Shown: in pieces, positions 11,173 to 24,219 of the stretch | Numbering within the stretch: position 1 is the first letter of the stretch | How the letters are laid out: each line of letters starts with the position of its first letter | Position numbers and translations under genes: made by a program | Source: Macrostomum lignano | Taxonomy: Eukaryota | Direction of reading: 5' to 3' | Length of the DNA stretch: 64,000 bases | NCBI GenBank assembly: GCA_002269645.1 | Contig: NIVC01000455.1 | Span: 410,246-474,245 of the forward strand | The notes under the pieces: model-generated | What the model saw: only the letters and a program-made list of their open reading frames with translations | Told to the model about the DNA's origin: nothing | Database searches by the model: none

Positions 11173-13732
11173 TCTTATATACTAAATCTCTAATCTATGT
11201 CTGTCTGTCTGTCCGTGTAAAACGCTCTACAGACTGCAATTCATGACCAATTTCGATCGCGTTTTCACCAAAAAGTTGCAACTCATTCAAGCATTGTATG
11301 GTTAACATTTCTTTTATCTGCTTCAATGCTAAAGGTCTTAAATATTCAAAAAACTGTATTTTCCCTATCTAATTAGTGTATTTTTCTCGCAGTGAGAGCT
11401 CGAAAAATAATAATACGTCTATGGCCATAGACTAAACTTTAACTTCTTGAGCTGATGCTACAAGCTATAAATAATTAAATATTCGCAAGCTTCAGAGTAT
11501 GCACGTGGGAGATAAGATAAAATGAAATAAAATTTTCATTTATTTGTAGCTTGTGCCTACCTGGACTAATCGCTAAATTGCAGACGATGCAAAATCTTCG
11601 TTGCATTGATGTGCAAAAGACTGCCCATTGTCTTCTCAGCAAACTTAGCAGTCCGCAGGAATCAACTCAACAATTAAGGAAACTTTTGCTGACTGCAAAT
11701 GGATTGACTGTAGACTTCTGAGGGGAACTGCAGATTGTCAAAGAGATCGTTCATGAATCATATAGATATTCCAGACTTAAGAGCGTATAGCTGCAAACTA
11801 TTGAGTGGATAATTATCTTCAGAGTTTTGAGTGGATTGTTGAGTTGATTCCTGCGGACTGCTAAGTTTGTTGAGAAGACAATTCTAGGCCACTGAGTGGA
11901 TAATTGTTTAATCTGCAGGCTGCTAAGAGTTTGACTGCAGTTTGTTTGCGGGATTAAAAGGGATAGCTTTTCAGATTGTTGTGGCGATAACTACCAATTT
12001 CTGGGGGAAGGGTTTACTTCAAACTGCTGAAGTTACTAAACTTCTTGAATAGTATAAGGCTTTTAGTAGAAGGTCGGCAGTTCGAGCGGCATTGCTAATC
12101 TGCTGTAAGATTTCATTTGCAGAGGGTACATGTATTAGTAATCTGAGAGAGCAGTGCTAATCTGACGCATACAATAAAGTATTAAAAATTTAGGAGATTG
12201 CAAATCAAATTTAAAATGCAAGTTGTATGCATTTCAAATGGTTTCAATTATTGCGATGCATATGGCGATTAGTGGCCCTGATTGTGCAAAACAGTGCTGG
12301 TGAGCCATTGCTAAACTGGTGGTGAACCATTGCTAACTGCTGGTGAACAAATTGCTAAACTGCTGGTGACGATGCATTGCTAAACTGCTGCAGGTTAAGG
12401 GTTAGGCTTAGGGTTCAATTATAGCGCGATCGTCGTGTCAATCATTAATGATCCATCGAGGAATTGCTAAGATTAAATGCTCTTGGGGCGAATTACTTAA
12501 ATGCTTTGGCTCTACGGGGAATTGCTGACAGGTCAAGGCTTCCGGTGAAATTTAGATTTAAAAGCTTATGAGGAAGTTACTTTAATGCTGAGGCTCAAGG
12601 CTCATTGTCGAAATTGCTAACATGCCAAGACTCACTTATGGGCTAGGGTTAGAGGCTTAGGGTCAGTTTTGGTTCAATCATAGATTAACCGCTGTCAACC
12701 ATCAATTAAAGACTTGCTAAGATATCTAAGCTCATCGGGGAATAGCTGAGTTTTCAAGGCTTATAAGGGGATTGCTGAGTTATCAAGGCTTATAAGGGGA
12801 TTGCTGAATTCTTGGGAGAGGGGAGTTGGGTTGTTGGGATGTCAAGGCTAATTACTGCGCTGGGAGAATTGCATAGATGTCGAGGCTGGAGTTTAATTGC
12901 TGCGATGTCAAGGCTTACTGGGGGAATTGCTGCGATCTCGAGGCTTACTGGACTGGGAGAATTGCGTAGATGCCAAGGCTCGAGTTTAATTGCTGCGATG
13001 TCAAGGCTTACTGGGGGAATTTCTGAGATGTCAAGGCTTAATGGGGTAATTGCTGCGATGTCGAGGCTTACTGGGGGAATTGCTGAAATGTCAAGGCTTA
13101 CTGGGGGAATTTCTGAGATTTCAAGGCTTACTCGGGAATTGCTGAGATTTCAAGGCTTACTGGGGGAATTGCTGAGATGTCAAGGCTTACTGGGGTATTG
13201 CTGAGATTTCAAGGCTAACTGGGGGAATTGCTGAGATTTCAAGGCCTACTGGGGGAATTGCTGAGATGTCAAGGCTTACTGGGGGTATTGCTGAGATTTC
13301 AAGGCTAACTGGGGGAATTGCTGAGATTTCAAGGCTTACTGGGGGGGAATTGCTGAATTGTCAGGGCTTACTGGGGGAATTGCTGAGATGTCAAGGCTTA
13401 CTGGGGAAATTATTGAGATGTCATCAAGGCTTATGGCATATTGAGCTCCTGCTGCGGACCAGAATATGCCCAGGCCAATGACGATATGCCCTAAGAGTTT
13501 GTGCTTGAAAGGATAAGTACTATTTGCTGAATGAGAAAGGCTTTTGGGCTGATGAAGGAAACTTTGGCTGGTTAAGGTTTTGATTCATGGCAATTTATTT
13601 TTGCCAAAAATGAGAAAAAGTAAGTTTTGATTAATGGATTTTGAATAATAAGTAAGTTTATTACTCATTGGCCAAAATAAAAACCACTTGGCGTCATTCT
13701 TGCGTCCCCCAACGGGGGGCTTAAATTGCTAG
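11173..13732 (+). mobile_element. Helitron unit 4 (2560 bp)
   Basis: TCTTATATACTAAA head at 11173; CTAG 13729-13732. Confidence 0.85.
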
Positions 13733-16337
13733 TCTTATATACTAAATCTCTAATCTATGTCTGTCTGTCTGTCCGTGTAAAACGCTCTACAGACTGTAAT
13801 TCTTGACCAATTTCGATCGCGTTTTCACCAAAAAATTGCAACTCAGCCAAGGATTGTATGGTTAACATTTCTTTTATCTGCTTCAATTCTAAAGGTCTTA
13901 AATATTAAAAAAACTGTATTTTCCCTATCTAATTAGTGTATTTTTCTCGCAGTGAGAGCTCGAAAAAAAGAATAAGTCTATGGCCATAGACTAAACTTTA
14001 ATTTCTTGAGCTGATGCTACGAGCTATAAATAATTAAATATTCGCAAGCTTCAGTTTATGCACGTGGGAGATGAAAATATATTAAATTAATTTTCATTTA
14101 TTTGTAGCTTGTGCCTGCCTGGACTAATCGCTAAAATGCAGACGATGCAAAATCTTCGTTGCATTGATGTGCAAAAGACTGCCAATATCTATCGAAAATT
14201 GATTATATAATGAGCCGTACAATGCTGAGTAAATTTCTACATTATTGAAAGCATCACTGTAGCTTCCTGAGAATACTGAGGGGCCAGCAAAGAGGAAAAC
14301 TGCAGACTGCTGAGAATGAGAATTGTTGTAGACTGCAAATGGAATGACCGCAGGTTGCTGAGGAGAACTGCAGATTGTCAAAGGGATCATTCATTTAGAC
14401 TGCAAAGTTGAAAAACGAAAAACTGCTGAGGTAGTTCCTCCAGACTTATGAGTGTATAGCTGCAAACTTCCGGGATAACTATCTATAGAGTTTAAGTGGA
14501 TAATAACTGTGAATGATTGAGTGCAACTTGTTGAGGGGATAACTGCAGACTGCTTAGTGAAGGTTTTGATTCATGGTAAGTGGGGGAATTGCTGAGATGA
14601 CAAGGCTTACTGGGGCAATCGCTGAGATGTCAAGGCTTACTTTGGGGAATTGCTGAGATGTCAAGGCTTACTGGGGAGAATTGCTGCGACTTCAAGGCTA
14701 ATTGGGGGAATTGCTGAGTTGTCAAGGCTTACTGGGGGAATTCTGAGATGTCAAGGCTAACTGGGGGAATTACTGAGATGTCAAGGCTAACTGGGGGAAT
14801 TGCTGAGATGTCAAGGCTTACTGGGGGAATCGCTGAGATGTCAAGGCTTACTTTGGGGAATTGCTGAGATGTCAAGGCTTACTGGGGGAATTGCTGCGAC
14901 TTCAAGGCTAATTGGGGGAATTGCTGAGTTGTCAAGGCTTACTGGGGGAATTCTGAGATGTCAAGGCTAACTGGGGGAATTACTGAGATGTCAAGGCTAA
15001 CTGGGGGAATTGCTGAGATGTCAAGGCTTACTGGGGAATCGCTGAGATGTCAAGGCTTACTTTGGGGAATTGCTGAGATGTCAAGGCTTACTGGGGGAAT
15101 TGCTGCGACTTCAAGGCTAATTGGGGGAATTGCTGAGTTGTCAAGGCTTACTGGGGGAATTCTGAGATGTCAAGGCTAACTGGGGGAATTACTGAGATGT
15201 CAAGGCTAACTGGGGGAATTGCTGAGATGTCAAGGCTTACTGGGGGAATCGCTGAGATGTCAAGGCTTACTTTGGGGAACTGCTGAGATGTCAAGGCTTA
15301 CTGGGGGAATTGCAGCGACTTCAAGGCTAATTGGGGGAATTGCTGAGTTGTCAAGGCTTACTGGGGGAATCGCTGAGATTTCAAGGCTTACTTTGGGGAA
15401 TTGCTGAGATGTCAAGGCTTACTGGGGGAATTGCTGCGACTTCAAGGCTAATTGGGGGAATTGCTGAGTTGTCAAGGCTTACTGGGGGGATTCTGAGATG
15501 TCAAGGCTAACTGGGGGAATTACTGAGATGTCAAGGCTAACTGGGGGAATTGCTGAGATGTCAGGGCTTACTGGGGAATTGCTGAGATGTCAAGGCTTAC
15601 TGGGGGAATTGCTGAAATGTCAACGCTTACTGGGGGGAAGTGCTGAGTTGTCAAGGCTTACTGGGGGAATTGCTGAGATTTCAAGGCTTACTCGGGGAAT
15701 TGCTGAGATTTCAAGGCTTGCTGGGGGAATTGCTGAAATGTCAAGGCTTACTGGGAGGAATTGCTGAGATGTCAAGGCTTAATGGGGTAATTGCTGCTAT
15801 GTCAAGGCTTACTGGGCTAGGAGAATTGTGTAGATGCCAAGGCTCGACTTCGCGTTGCTGCGATGTCAAGGCTTATTGGGGGAATTGCTGCGATATCAAG
15901 GCTTACTGGGGGAATTGCTGCGATGTCAAGGCTTACTGGGGGAATTGGTGAGATGTCAAGGCCTACTAAGGGAATTTCTGAGATGTCAAGGCTTACTGGG
16001 GGAATTGCTGAGATGTCATCAAGGCTTATGGCATATTGAGCTCCTGCTGCGGACCAGAATATGCCCAGCCCAATGACGATTTGCACTAAGAGTTTGTGCT
16101 TGAAAGGATAAGTACTATTTGCTGAATGAGAAAGGCTTTTGGGCTGATGAAGGAAACTTTGGCTGGTGAAGGTTTTGATTCGAATGGCAATTTATTTTTG
16201 CCAAAAATGAGAAAAAGTATTTTTAGATTAATGGAAATCAACATTTTGAATAATTAGTAAGGTAGTTACTCATAGGCCAAAATAAAAACCACTTGGCGTC
16301 ATTCTTGCGCCCCCCAACGGGGGGCTTGAATTGCTAG
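13733..16337 (+). mobile_element. Helitron unit 5 (2605 bp)
   Basis: TCTTATATACTAAA head at 13733; CTAG 16334-16337. Confidence 0.85.
14575..16020 (+). repeat. 30-bp minisatellite block (~48 copies)
   Basis: Continuous tandem copies with recurring variant order. Confidence 0.95.
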
Positions 16338-19300
16338 TCTTCTAATATACTAAAAGTCCTTCTAAATATACTAAACTCTAATATTATATACTAAATCTCT
16401 AATCTATGTCTGTCTGTCTGTCCGTGTAAAACGCTCTACAGACTGCAATTCTTGACCAATTTTGATCGCGTTTTCACCAAAAAGTTGCAACTCAACCAAG
16501 GATTGTATGGTTAAAATTTCTTTAATATGCTGCAATTCTATATTTCTTATATACTAAATCTCTAATCTATGTCTGTCTGTCTGTCCGTGTAAAACGCTCT
16601 ACAGACTGCAATTCTTGACCAATTTTGATCGCGTTTTCACCAAAAAGTTGCAACTCAACCAAGGATTGTATGGTTAAAATTTCTTTAATATGCTGCAATT
16701 CTAAAGGTCCTAAATATTCAAAAAACTGTATTTTACCTATCTAATTAGTGTATTTTTCTCGCAGTGAGAGCTCGAAAAATAATAATACGTCTATGGCCAT
16801 AGACTTAAATTTCATTTCTTGAGCTGATGCTACGAGCTATAAATAATTAAATTATTCGCAAGCTTCAGCGTATGCACGTGGGAGATAAAAATATATTAAA
16901 TTAATTTTCATTTATTTGTAGCTTGTGCCTGGACTAATCGAACATTTTTTGATTAAAAGCAACAATTTTTTATGAGTAATAATTAGCTAATTAGTAATAA
17001 TTAGCTTCGACTATCAGTTATCCCATCAATTGTTATTGCCTAAGGTCTAAGAAATCGCTAAAATGCAGACAATGTTGCTAAACTGCTGAAAGTATTGCTA
17101 AAAGCTGTGTTGTGCAAAAGATTGCAAAGTTGAAAAACGAAAAACTGCTGAGGTAGTTCCTCCAGACTTATAAGTGTATAGCTGCAAACTGCCGATGGGA
17201 TAACTATCTACAGAGTTTTAGTGGATAATAACTGTGAATGATTAATTGCAAGTTTATTGAGGGGATAACTGTATTCTGCTTGTAGTTTGCTGATGTTAAT
17301 GAAAGTTGTAGACGGCAAAGTGGATATCTGCAGGCTGTTAATAGTATGACTGCATTCTGTTTTGCGGGATTAGAAGAGAAGCTACAAGCTACAAGAATTA
17401 CTGAATTACTGTAGACAAGCAATAACAGGCATAGGCTAAGCAGATGGTCGGCAGTTGGAGTCTACATTGAAGCAGCAAATTTATCTGGCTTACTGGGGGA
17501 ATTGTTGAGATGTCAAGGCTTACTGGGGAAATTAATGAGATGTCATCAAGGCTTATGGCATATTGAGCTCCTGCTGCAGACCAGAATACGCCCAGGCCAA
17601 TGACGATATGCCCTAAGAGTTTGTGCTTGAAAGGATAAGTACTATTTGCTGAATGAGAAAGGGTTTTGGGCTGATGAATGAAACTTTGGCTGGTGAAGGT
17701 TTTGATTCATGGCAACTGGGGGAATTGTTGAGTTGTCAAGGCTTACTGGGGGAATTGCTGAATTGTCAAGGTTTACTGGGGGAATTGCTGAGATGTCAAG
17801 GCTTACTTGGGGAAATCGCTGAGACTTCAAGGCTTACTGGGGGAATTTCTGAGATTTCAAGGCTTACTCGGGGAATTGCTGAGATTTCAAGGCTTGCTGG
17901 GGGGAATTGCTGAGATGTCAAGGCTTGCTGGGGGGAATTGCTGAGATGTCAAGGCTTACTAGGAGGAATTGCTGAGATGTCAAGGCTTACTGGGGGAATT
18001 GCTTAGACTTCAAGACTTACTGGAGGAATTACTGAGATTCGAGACTTACTGGGGAATTACTGAGATTCGAGACTTACTGGAAGAATTACTGAGATTCGAG
18101 ACTTACTGGGGAATTGCTGAATTGTCAAGGTTTACTGGGGGAATTGCTGAGATGTCAAGGCTTACTGGGGAAATTTATGAGATGTCATCAAGGCTTATGG
18201 CATATTGAGCTCCTGCTGCGGACCAGAATATGCCCAGGCCAATGACGATATGCCCAAAGAGTTTGTGCTTGAAAGGATAAGTACTATTTGCTGATTGAGA
18301 AAGGGTTTTGGAAGGGTTTTGAAGGAAACTTTGGCTGGTGAAGGTTTTGATTTATGGCAACTGGGGGAATTGCTGAGACTTCAAGGCTTACTGGGGGAAT
18401 TGCTAATATTTCAAGGCTTACTAATGGGATTTCTGAGATTTCAAGGCTTACTCGGGGAATTGCTGAGATGTCAAGGCTTACTGGGGGAATTGCTGAGATG
18501 TCAAGGCTTACTGGGGGAATTGCTGAGATGTCATCAAGGCTTATGGCATATTGAGCTCCTGCTGCAGACCAGAATACGCCCAGGCCAATGACGATATGCA
18601 CTAAGAGTTTGTGCTTGAAAGGATAAGTACTATTTGCTGAATGAGAAAGGGTTTTGGGCTGATGAATGAAACTTTGGCTGGTGAAGGTTTTGATTCATGG
18701 CAACTGGGGGAATTGTTGAGTTGTCAAGGCTTACTGGGGGAATTGCTGAATTGTCAAGGTTTACTGGGGGAATTGCTGAGATGTCAAGGCTTACTTGGGG
18801 AAATCGCTGAGACTTCAAGGCTTACTGGGGGAATTTCTGAGATTTCAAGGCTTACTCGGGGAATTGCTGAGATTTCAAGGCTTGCTGGGGGGAATTGCTG
18901 AGATGTCAAGGCTTGCTGGGGGAATTGCTGAGATGTCAAGGCTTACTAGGAGGAATTGCTGAGATGTCAAGGCTTACTGGGGGAATTGCTTAGACTTCAA
19001 GACTTACTGGAGGAATTACTGAGATTCGAGACTTACTGGGGAATTACTGAGATTCGAGACTTACTGGAAGAATTACTGAGATTCGAGACTTACTGGGGAA
19101 TTGCTGAATTGTCAAGGTTTACTGGGGGAATTGCTGAGATGTCAAGGCTTACTGGGGAAATTAATGAGATGTCATCAAGGCTTATGGCATATTGAGCTCC
19201 TGCTGCGGACCAGAATATGCCCAGGCCAATGACGATATGCCCAAAGAGTTTGTGCTTGAAAGGATAAGTACTATTTGCTGATTGAGAAAGGGTTTTGGAA

Positions 19301-22165
19301 GGGTTTTGAAGGAAACTTTGGCTGGTGAAGGTTTTGATTTATGGCAACTGGGGGAATTGCTGAGTTGTCAAGGATTACTGGGGGAATCGCTGAGATTCCA
19401 AGGCTTACTGGGGGAATTGCTGAGACTTCAAGGCTTACTGGGGGAATTGCTAATATTTCAAGGCTTACTAATGGGATTTCTGAGATTTCAAGGCTTACTC
19501 GGGGAATTGCTGAGATGTCAAGGCTTACTGGGGGAATTGCTGAGATGTCAAGGCTTACTAGGGGAATTGCTGAGATGTCATCAAGGCTTATGGCATATTG
19601 AGCTCCTGCTGCAGACCAGAATACGCCCAGGCCAATGACGATATGCACTAAGAGTTTGTGCTTGAAAGGATAAGTACTATTTGCTGAATGAGAAAGGGTT
19701 TTGGGCTGATGAAGGAAACTTTGGCTGATGAAGGTTTTGATTCATGGCAACTGGGGGAATTGTTGAGTTGTCAAGGCTTACTGGGGGAATTGCTGAATTG
19801 TCAAGGTTTACTGGGGGAATTGCTGAGATGTCAAGGCTTACTTGGGGAAATCGCTGAGACTTCAAGGCTTACTGGGGGAATTTCTGAGATTTCAAGGCTT
19901 ACTCGGGGAATTGCTGAGATTTCAAGGCTTGCTGGGGGAATTGCTGAGATGTCAAGGCTTGCTGGGGGAATTGCTGAGATGTCAAGGCTTACTGGGGAAT
20001 TGCTGAGATGTCAAGGCTTACTGGGGGAATTGCTTAGACTTCAAGACTTACTGGAGGAATTACTGAGATTCGAGACTTACTGGGGAATTACTGAGATTCG
20101 AGACTTACTGGAAGAATTACTGAGATTCGAGACTTACTGGGGAATTGCTGAATTGTCAAGGTTTACTGGGGGAATTGCTGAGATGTCAAGGCTTACTGGG
20201 GAAATTAATGAGATGTCATCAAGGCTTATGGCATATTGAGCTCCTGCTGCGGACCAGAATATGCCCAGGCCAATGACGATATGCCCAAAGAGTTTGTGCT
20301 TGAAAGGATAAGTACTATTTGCTGATTGAGAAAGGGTTTTGGAAGGGTTTTGAAGGAAACTTTGGCTGGTGAAGGTTTTGATTTATGGCAACTGGGGGAA
20401 TTGCTGAGTTGTCAAGGATTACTGGGGGAATCGCTGAGATTCCAAGGCTTACTGGGGGAATTGCTGAGACTTCAAGGCTTACTGGGGGAATTGCTAATAT
20501 TTCAAGGCTTACTAATGGGATTTCTGAGATTTCAAGGCTTACTCGGGGAATTGCTGAGATGTCAAGGCTTACTGGGGGAATTGCTGAGATGTCAAGGCTT
20601 ACTGGGGGAATTGCTGAGATGTCATCAAGGCTTATGGCATATTGAGCTCCTGCTGCAGACCAGAATACGCCCAGGCCAATGACGATATGCACTAAGAGTT
20701 TGTGCTTGAAAGGATAAGTACTATTTGCTGAATGAGAAAGGGTTTTGGGCTGATGAAGGAAACTTTGGCTGATGAAGGTTTTGATTCATGGCAACTGGGG
20801 GAATTGTTGAGTTGTCAAGGCTTACTGGGGGAATTGCTGAATTGTCAAGGTTTACTGGGGGAATTGCTGAGATGTCAAGGCTTACTTGGGGAAATCGCTG
20901 AGACTTCAAGGCTTACTGGGGGAATTTCTGAGATTTCAAGGCTTACTCGGGGAATTGCTGAGATTTCAAGGCTTGCTGGGGGGAATTGCTGAGATGTCAA
21001 GGCTTGCTGGGGGAATTGCTGAGATGTCAAGGCTTACTGGGGGAATTGCTGAGATGTCAAGGCTTACTGGGGGAATTGCTTAGACTTCAAGACTTACTGG
21101 AGGAATTACTGAGATTCGAGACTTACTGGGGAATTACTGAGATTCGAGACTTACTGGAAGAATTACTGAGATTCGAGACTTACTGGGGAATTGCTGAATT
21201 GTCAAGGTTTACTGGGGAATTGCTGAGATGTCAAGGCTTACTGGGGAAATTAATGAGATGTCATCAAGGCTTATGGCATATTGAGCTCCTGCTGCGGACC
21301 AGAATATGCCCAGGCCAATGACGATATGCCCAAAGAGTTTGTGCTTGAAAGGATAAGTACTATTTGCTGATTGAGAAAGGGTTTTGGAAGGGTTTTGAAG
21401 GAAACTTTGGCTGGTGAAGGTTTTGATTTATGGCAACTGGGGAATTGCTGAGTTGTCAAGGATTACTGGGGGAATCGCTGAGATTCCAAGGCTTACTGGG
21501 GGAATTGCTGAGACTTCAAGGCTTACTGGGGGAATTGCTAATATTTCAAGGCTTACTAATGGGATTTCTGAGATTTCAAGGCTTACTCGGGGAATTGCTG
21601 AGATGTCAAGGCTTACTGGGGGAATTGCTGAGATGTCAAGGCTTACTTGGGGGAATTGCTGAGTTGTCAAGGCCTACTAAGGGAATTTCTGAGATGTCAT
21701 GGCTTACTGGGGAAATTAATGAGATGTCATCAAGGCTTATGGCATATTGAGCTCCTGGTGTGGACCAGAATACGCCCAGGCCAATGACGATATGCACTAA
21801 GAGTTTGTGCTTGAAAGGATAAGTACTATTTGCTGAATGAGAAAGGCTTTTGGGCTGATGAAGGAAACTTTGGCTGGTGAAGGTTTTGATTCATGGCAAC
21901 TGGAAGAATTGTTGAGTTGTCAAGGCCTACTGGGGGAATTGTTGAATTGTCAAGGCTTATTTGGGGGAATTGCTGGGATGTCAAGGCTTGGGGAGAATTG
22001 CTGAGTTGTTAAGGCTTATTTGGGGGAATTGCTGAGATGTCAAGGCTTACTGGGGGAATCACTGAGATGTCAAGGCTTACTGGGGGTAAGGTTATTACTC
22101 ATAGGCCAAAATAAAAACCATTTGGCGTCATTCTTGCGTCCCCAACGGGGGGCTTAAATTGCTAG
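16338..22165 (+). mobile_element. Helitron unit 6 (5828 bp, head restarts at 16545, contains a higher-order repeat)
   Basis: TC head at 16338 and a second head at 16545; CTAG 22162-22165. Confidence 0.85.
17470..22085 (+). repeat. Higher-order repeat: 30-mer blocks separated by a ~170-bp spacer, long/short monomers forming a ~1.0-1.1 kb dimer
   Basis: Spacer start TCATCAAGGCTTATGGCATATTGAGC at 17543, 18185, 18531, 19172, 19578, 20216, 20622, 21261 and 21727; intervals alternate ~640 and ~346-466. Confidence 0.9.
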
Positions 22166-23767
22166 TCTAAATATACTAAATCTTATTCTATCTTCTAAAT
22201 ATACTAATTCTCTAAGGTTTGTATGCTTGTCCATAACGCTCTACAGATTGCAATTCTTCACCGATTTTCATCGCGTTTTCGCCAAAAGATTCAAAATTGT
22301 CTGGAAAGAAGACAGTTAAAATTTCTTGTATCTGCTTCAATGCTAAAGGGATTAAATATTCGAAAAACTGTTTTAAATGGCCTTTTTCAATGCAAATTTT
22401 ATCAGCGAGAAACTTCACAGTCAATTTTAATTGATTGCGCCAGAGCCAACTGATAAGAAAACTCACTGGGCCCCACTTAAAGGGGGGGGGGCAATAAAAA
22501 TTATTCTGGCTGCTGGCAGCCAGCTCTAATTAGCTAGTCTAAATATACTAAATCTCTAAGGTTTGTATGTTTGTCCATAACGCTCTAGAGAGAGCAATTC
22601 TTCACCGATTTTGATCGCGTTTTCGCCAAAAGATTTGTAATCAGCCTGGGATTGTATGGTTAAAATTCCTTGTATCTGCTTCAATGCTTAAGGGATTAAA
22701 TATTCGAAAAACTGTTTTAAATGACCTTTTTCAATGCAAATTTTATCAGCGAGAAACTTCACAGTCAATTTTAATTGATTGCGCCAGAGCCAACTGATAA
22801 GAAAACTCACTGGGCCCCACTTAAAGGGGGGGGGCAATAAAAATTATTCTGGATGCTGGCAGCCAGCTCTAATTAGCTAGTAAATCTAAATATACTAAAT
22901 CTCTAAGGTTTGTTTGTTTGTATGTTTGTCCATAACGCTCTAGTCTAAATATACTAAATCTCTAAGGTTTGTATGTTTGAATGAATGTCCATAACGCTCT
23001 AGAGACTGCAATTCTTCACCGATTTTGATCGCGTTTTCGCCAAAAGATTCAAAATTGTCTGGAAAGAAGACGGTTAAAATAAATATACTAAATCTCTAAG
23101 GTTTGTATGTCCATAACGCTCTAGAGATTGCAATTCTTCACCGATTTTGATCGCGTTTTCGCCAAAAGATTCAAAATTGTCTGGAAAGAAGACAGTTAAA
23201 ATTTCTTTAATCTGCTCCAATGCTAAAGGGATTAAATATTCGAAAAACTGTTTTAAATGGCCTTTTTCAATGCAAATTTTATCAGCCAGAAACTTCACTG
23301 CCAATTTTAATTGATTGCGCCAGAGCCAACTGATAAGAAAACTCACTCCGCTCCACTTAAAGGGGGGCAATAAAAATTATTCTGGATGCTGGCAGCCAGC
23401 TCTAATTAGCTAGTCTATCTTCTAAATATACTAAATCTCTAAGGTTTGTATGCTTGAATGTCCATAACGCTCTAGAGATTGCAATTCTTCACCGATTTTC
23501 ATCGCGTTTTCGCCAAAATATTCAAAATTGTCTGGAAAGAAGACAGTTAAAATTTCTTGTATCTGCTTTAATGCTAAAGGGATTAAATATTCGAAAAACT
23601 GTTTTAAATGGCCTTTTTCAATGCAAATTTTATCAGCGAGAAACTTCACTGCCAATTTTAATTGATTGCGCCAGAGCCAACTGATAAGAAAACTCACTGG
23701 ACCCCACTTAAAGGGGGGGGGCAATAAAAATTATTCTGGATGCTGGCAGCCAGCTCTAATTAGCTAG
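22166..23767 (+). mobile_element. Cluster of short (~59-370 bp) Helitron units, most with the alternative 3' end GCTGGCAGCCAGC..CTAG
   Basis: Units 22166-22537, 22538-22880, 22885-22943 (ends at an internal CTAG), 22944-23080 (truncated), 23081-23413 and 23414-23767 share the head TCTAAATATACTAAATCTCTAAGG. Confidence 0.85.
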
Positions 23768-24219
23768 TCTATCTAATCCTATATACTAAAAATGTGATGT
23801 CTATATTCTTTTAGGGGGGGGGGGCGCCAAGGCCAGAGTTGGTGATTATGGGGGGGGCCACGGCCCCCCTTGCCCCCCCTCTGGCTACGCCCCTGTAATG
23901 CTGTAGTAGTGCTATAATGACTCTTAGAGAGAATTACTGAAATTTCAATGCTTTAGGGTTAGGGTTAGGGTTAGGGTTAGGCTAGGGTTAGGGTTAGAAG
24001 GTTGACAAATATTTTTAGATTTCCAAGGCTTATTGGGGGCATTGCTGAGATGTCAAGGGGGGGAGTTGATATGTTAAAGCTTGTGGGGGGGATAACTGAC
24101 ATGTCAAGGCTTACAAGGTTTGACAGGAGATTTTTTAAGATTTCAAGGATACATGTAGCTTATTAAAAAAACGTGTATTGCATTTCTTTGGCTCCCCAAC
24201 GGGGGGCGTAGATTGCTAG
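23768..24219 (+). mobile_element. Short Helitron unit (452 bp) carrying a TIR fragment and telomeric repeats
   Basis: Head TCCTATATACTAAAAATG after two stubs; CCCCAACGGGG hairpin; CTAG 24216-24219. Confidence 0.75.
23953..23997 (+). repeat. Interstitial telomeric repeat (TTAGGG)n, ~7.5 units
   Basis: TTAGGG x4, TTAGG, CTAGGG, TTAGGG, TTAG. Confidence 0.9.

Noticed and set aside
17470-22085. Repeat-spacer alternation resembling a CRISPR array
   Set aside because: The 'spacers' are near-identical to each other and match the Helitron subterminal region; there are no cas genes and the context is eukaryotic.
9575-22085. G-quadruplex array from GGGGG runs
   Set aside because: The G runs are ~25 nt apart, too long for canonical G4 loops; no support from sequence alone.
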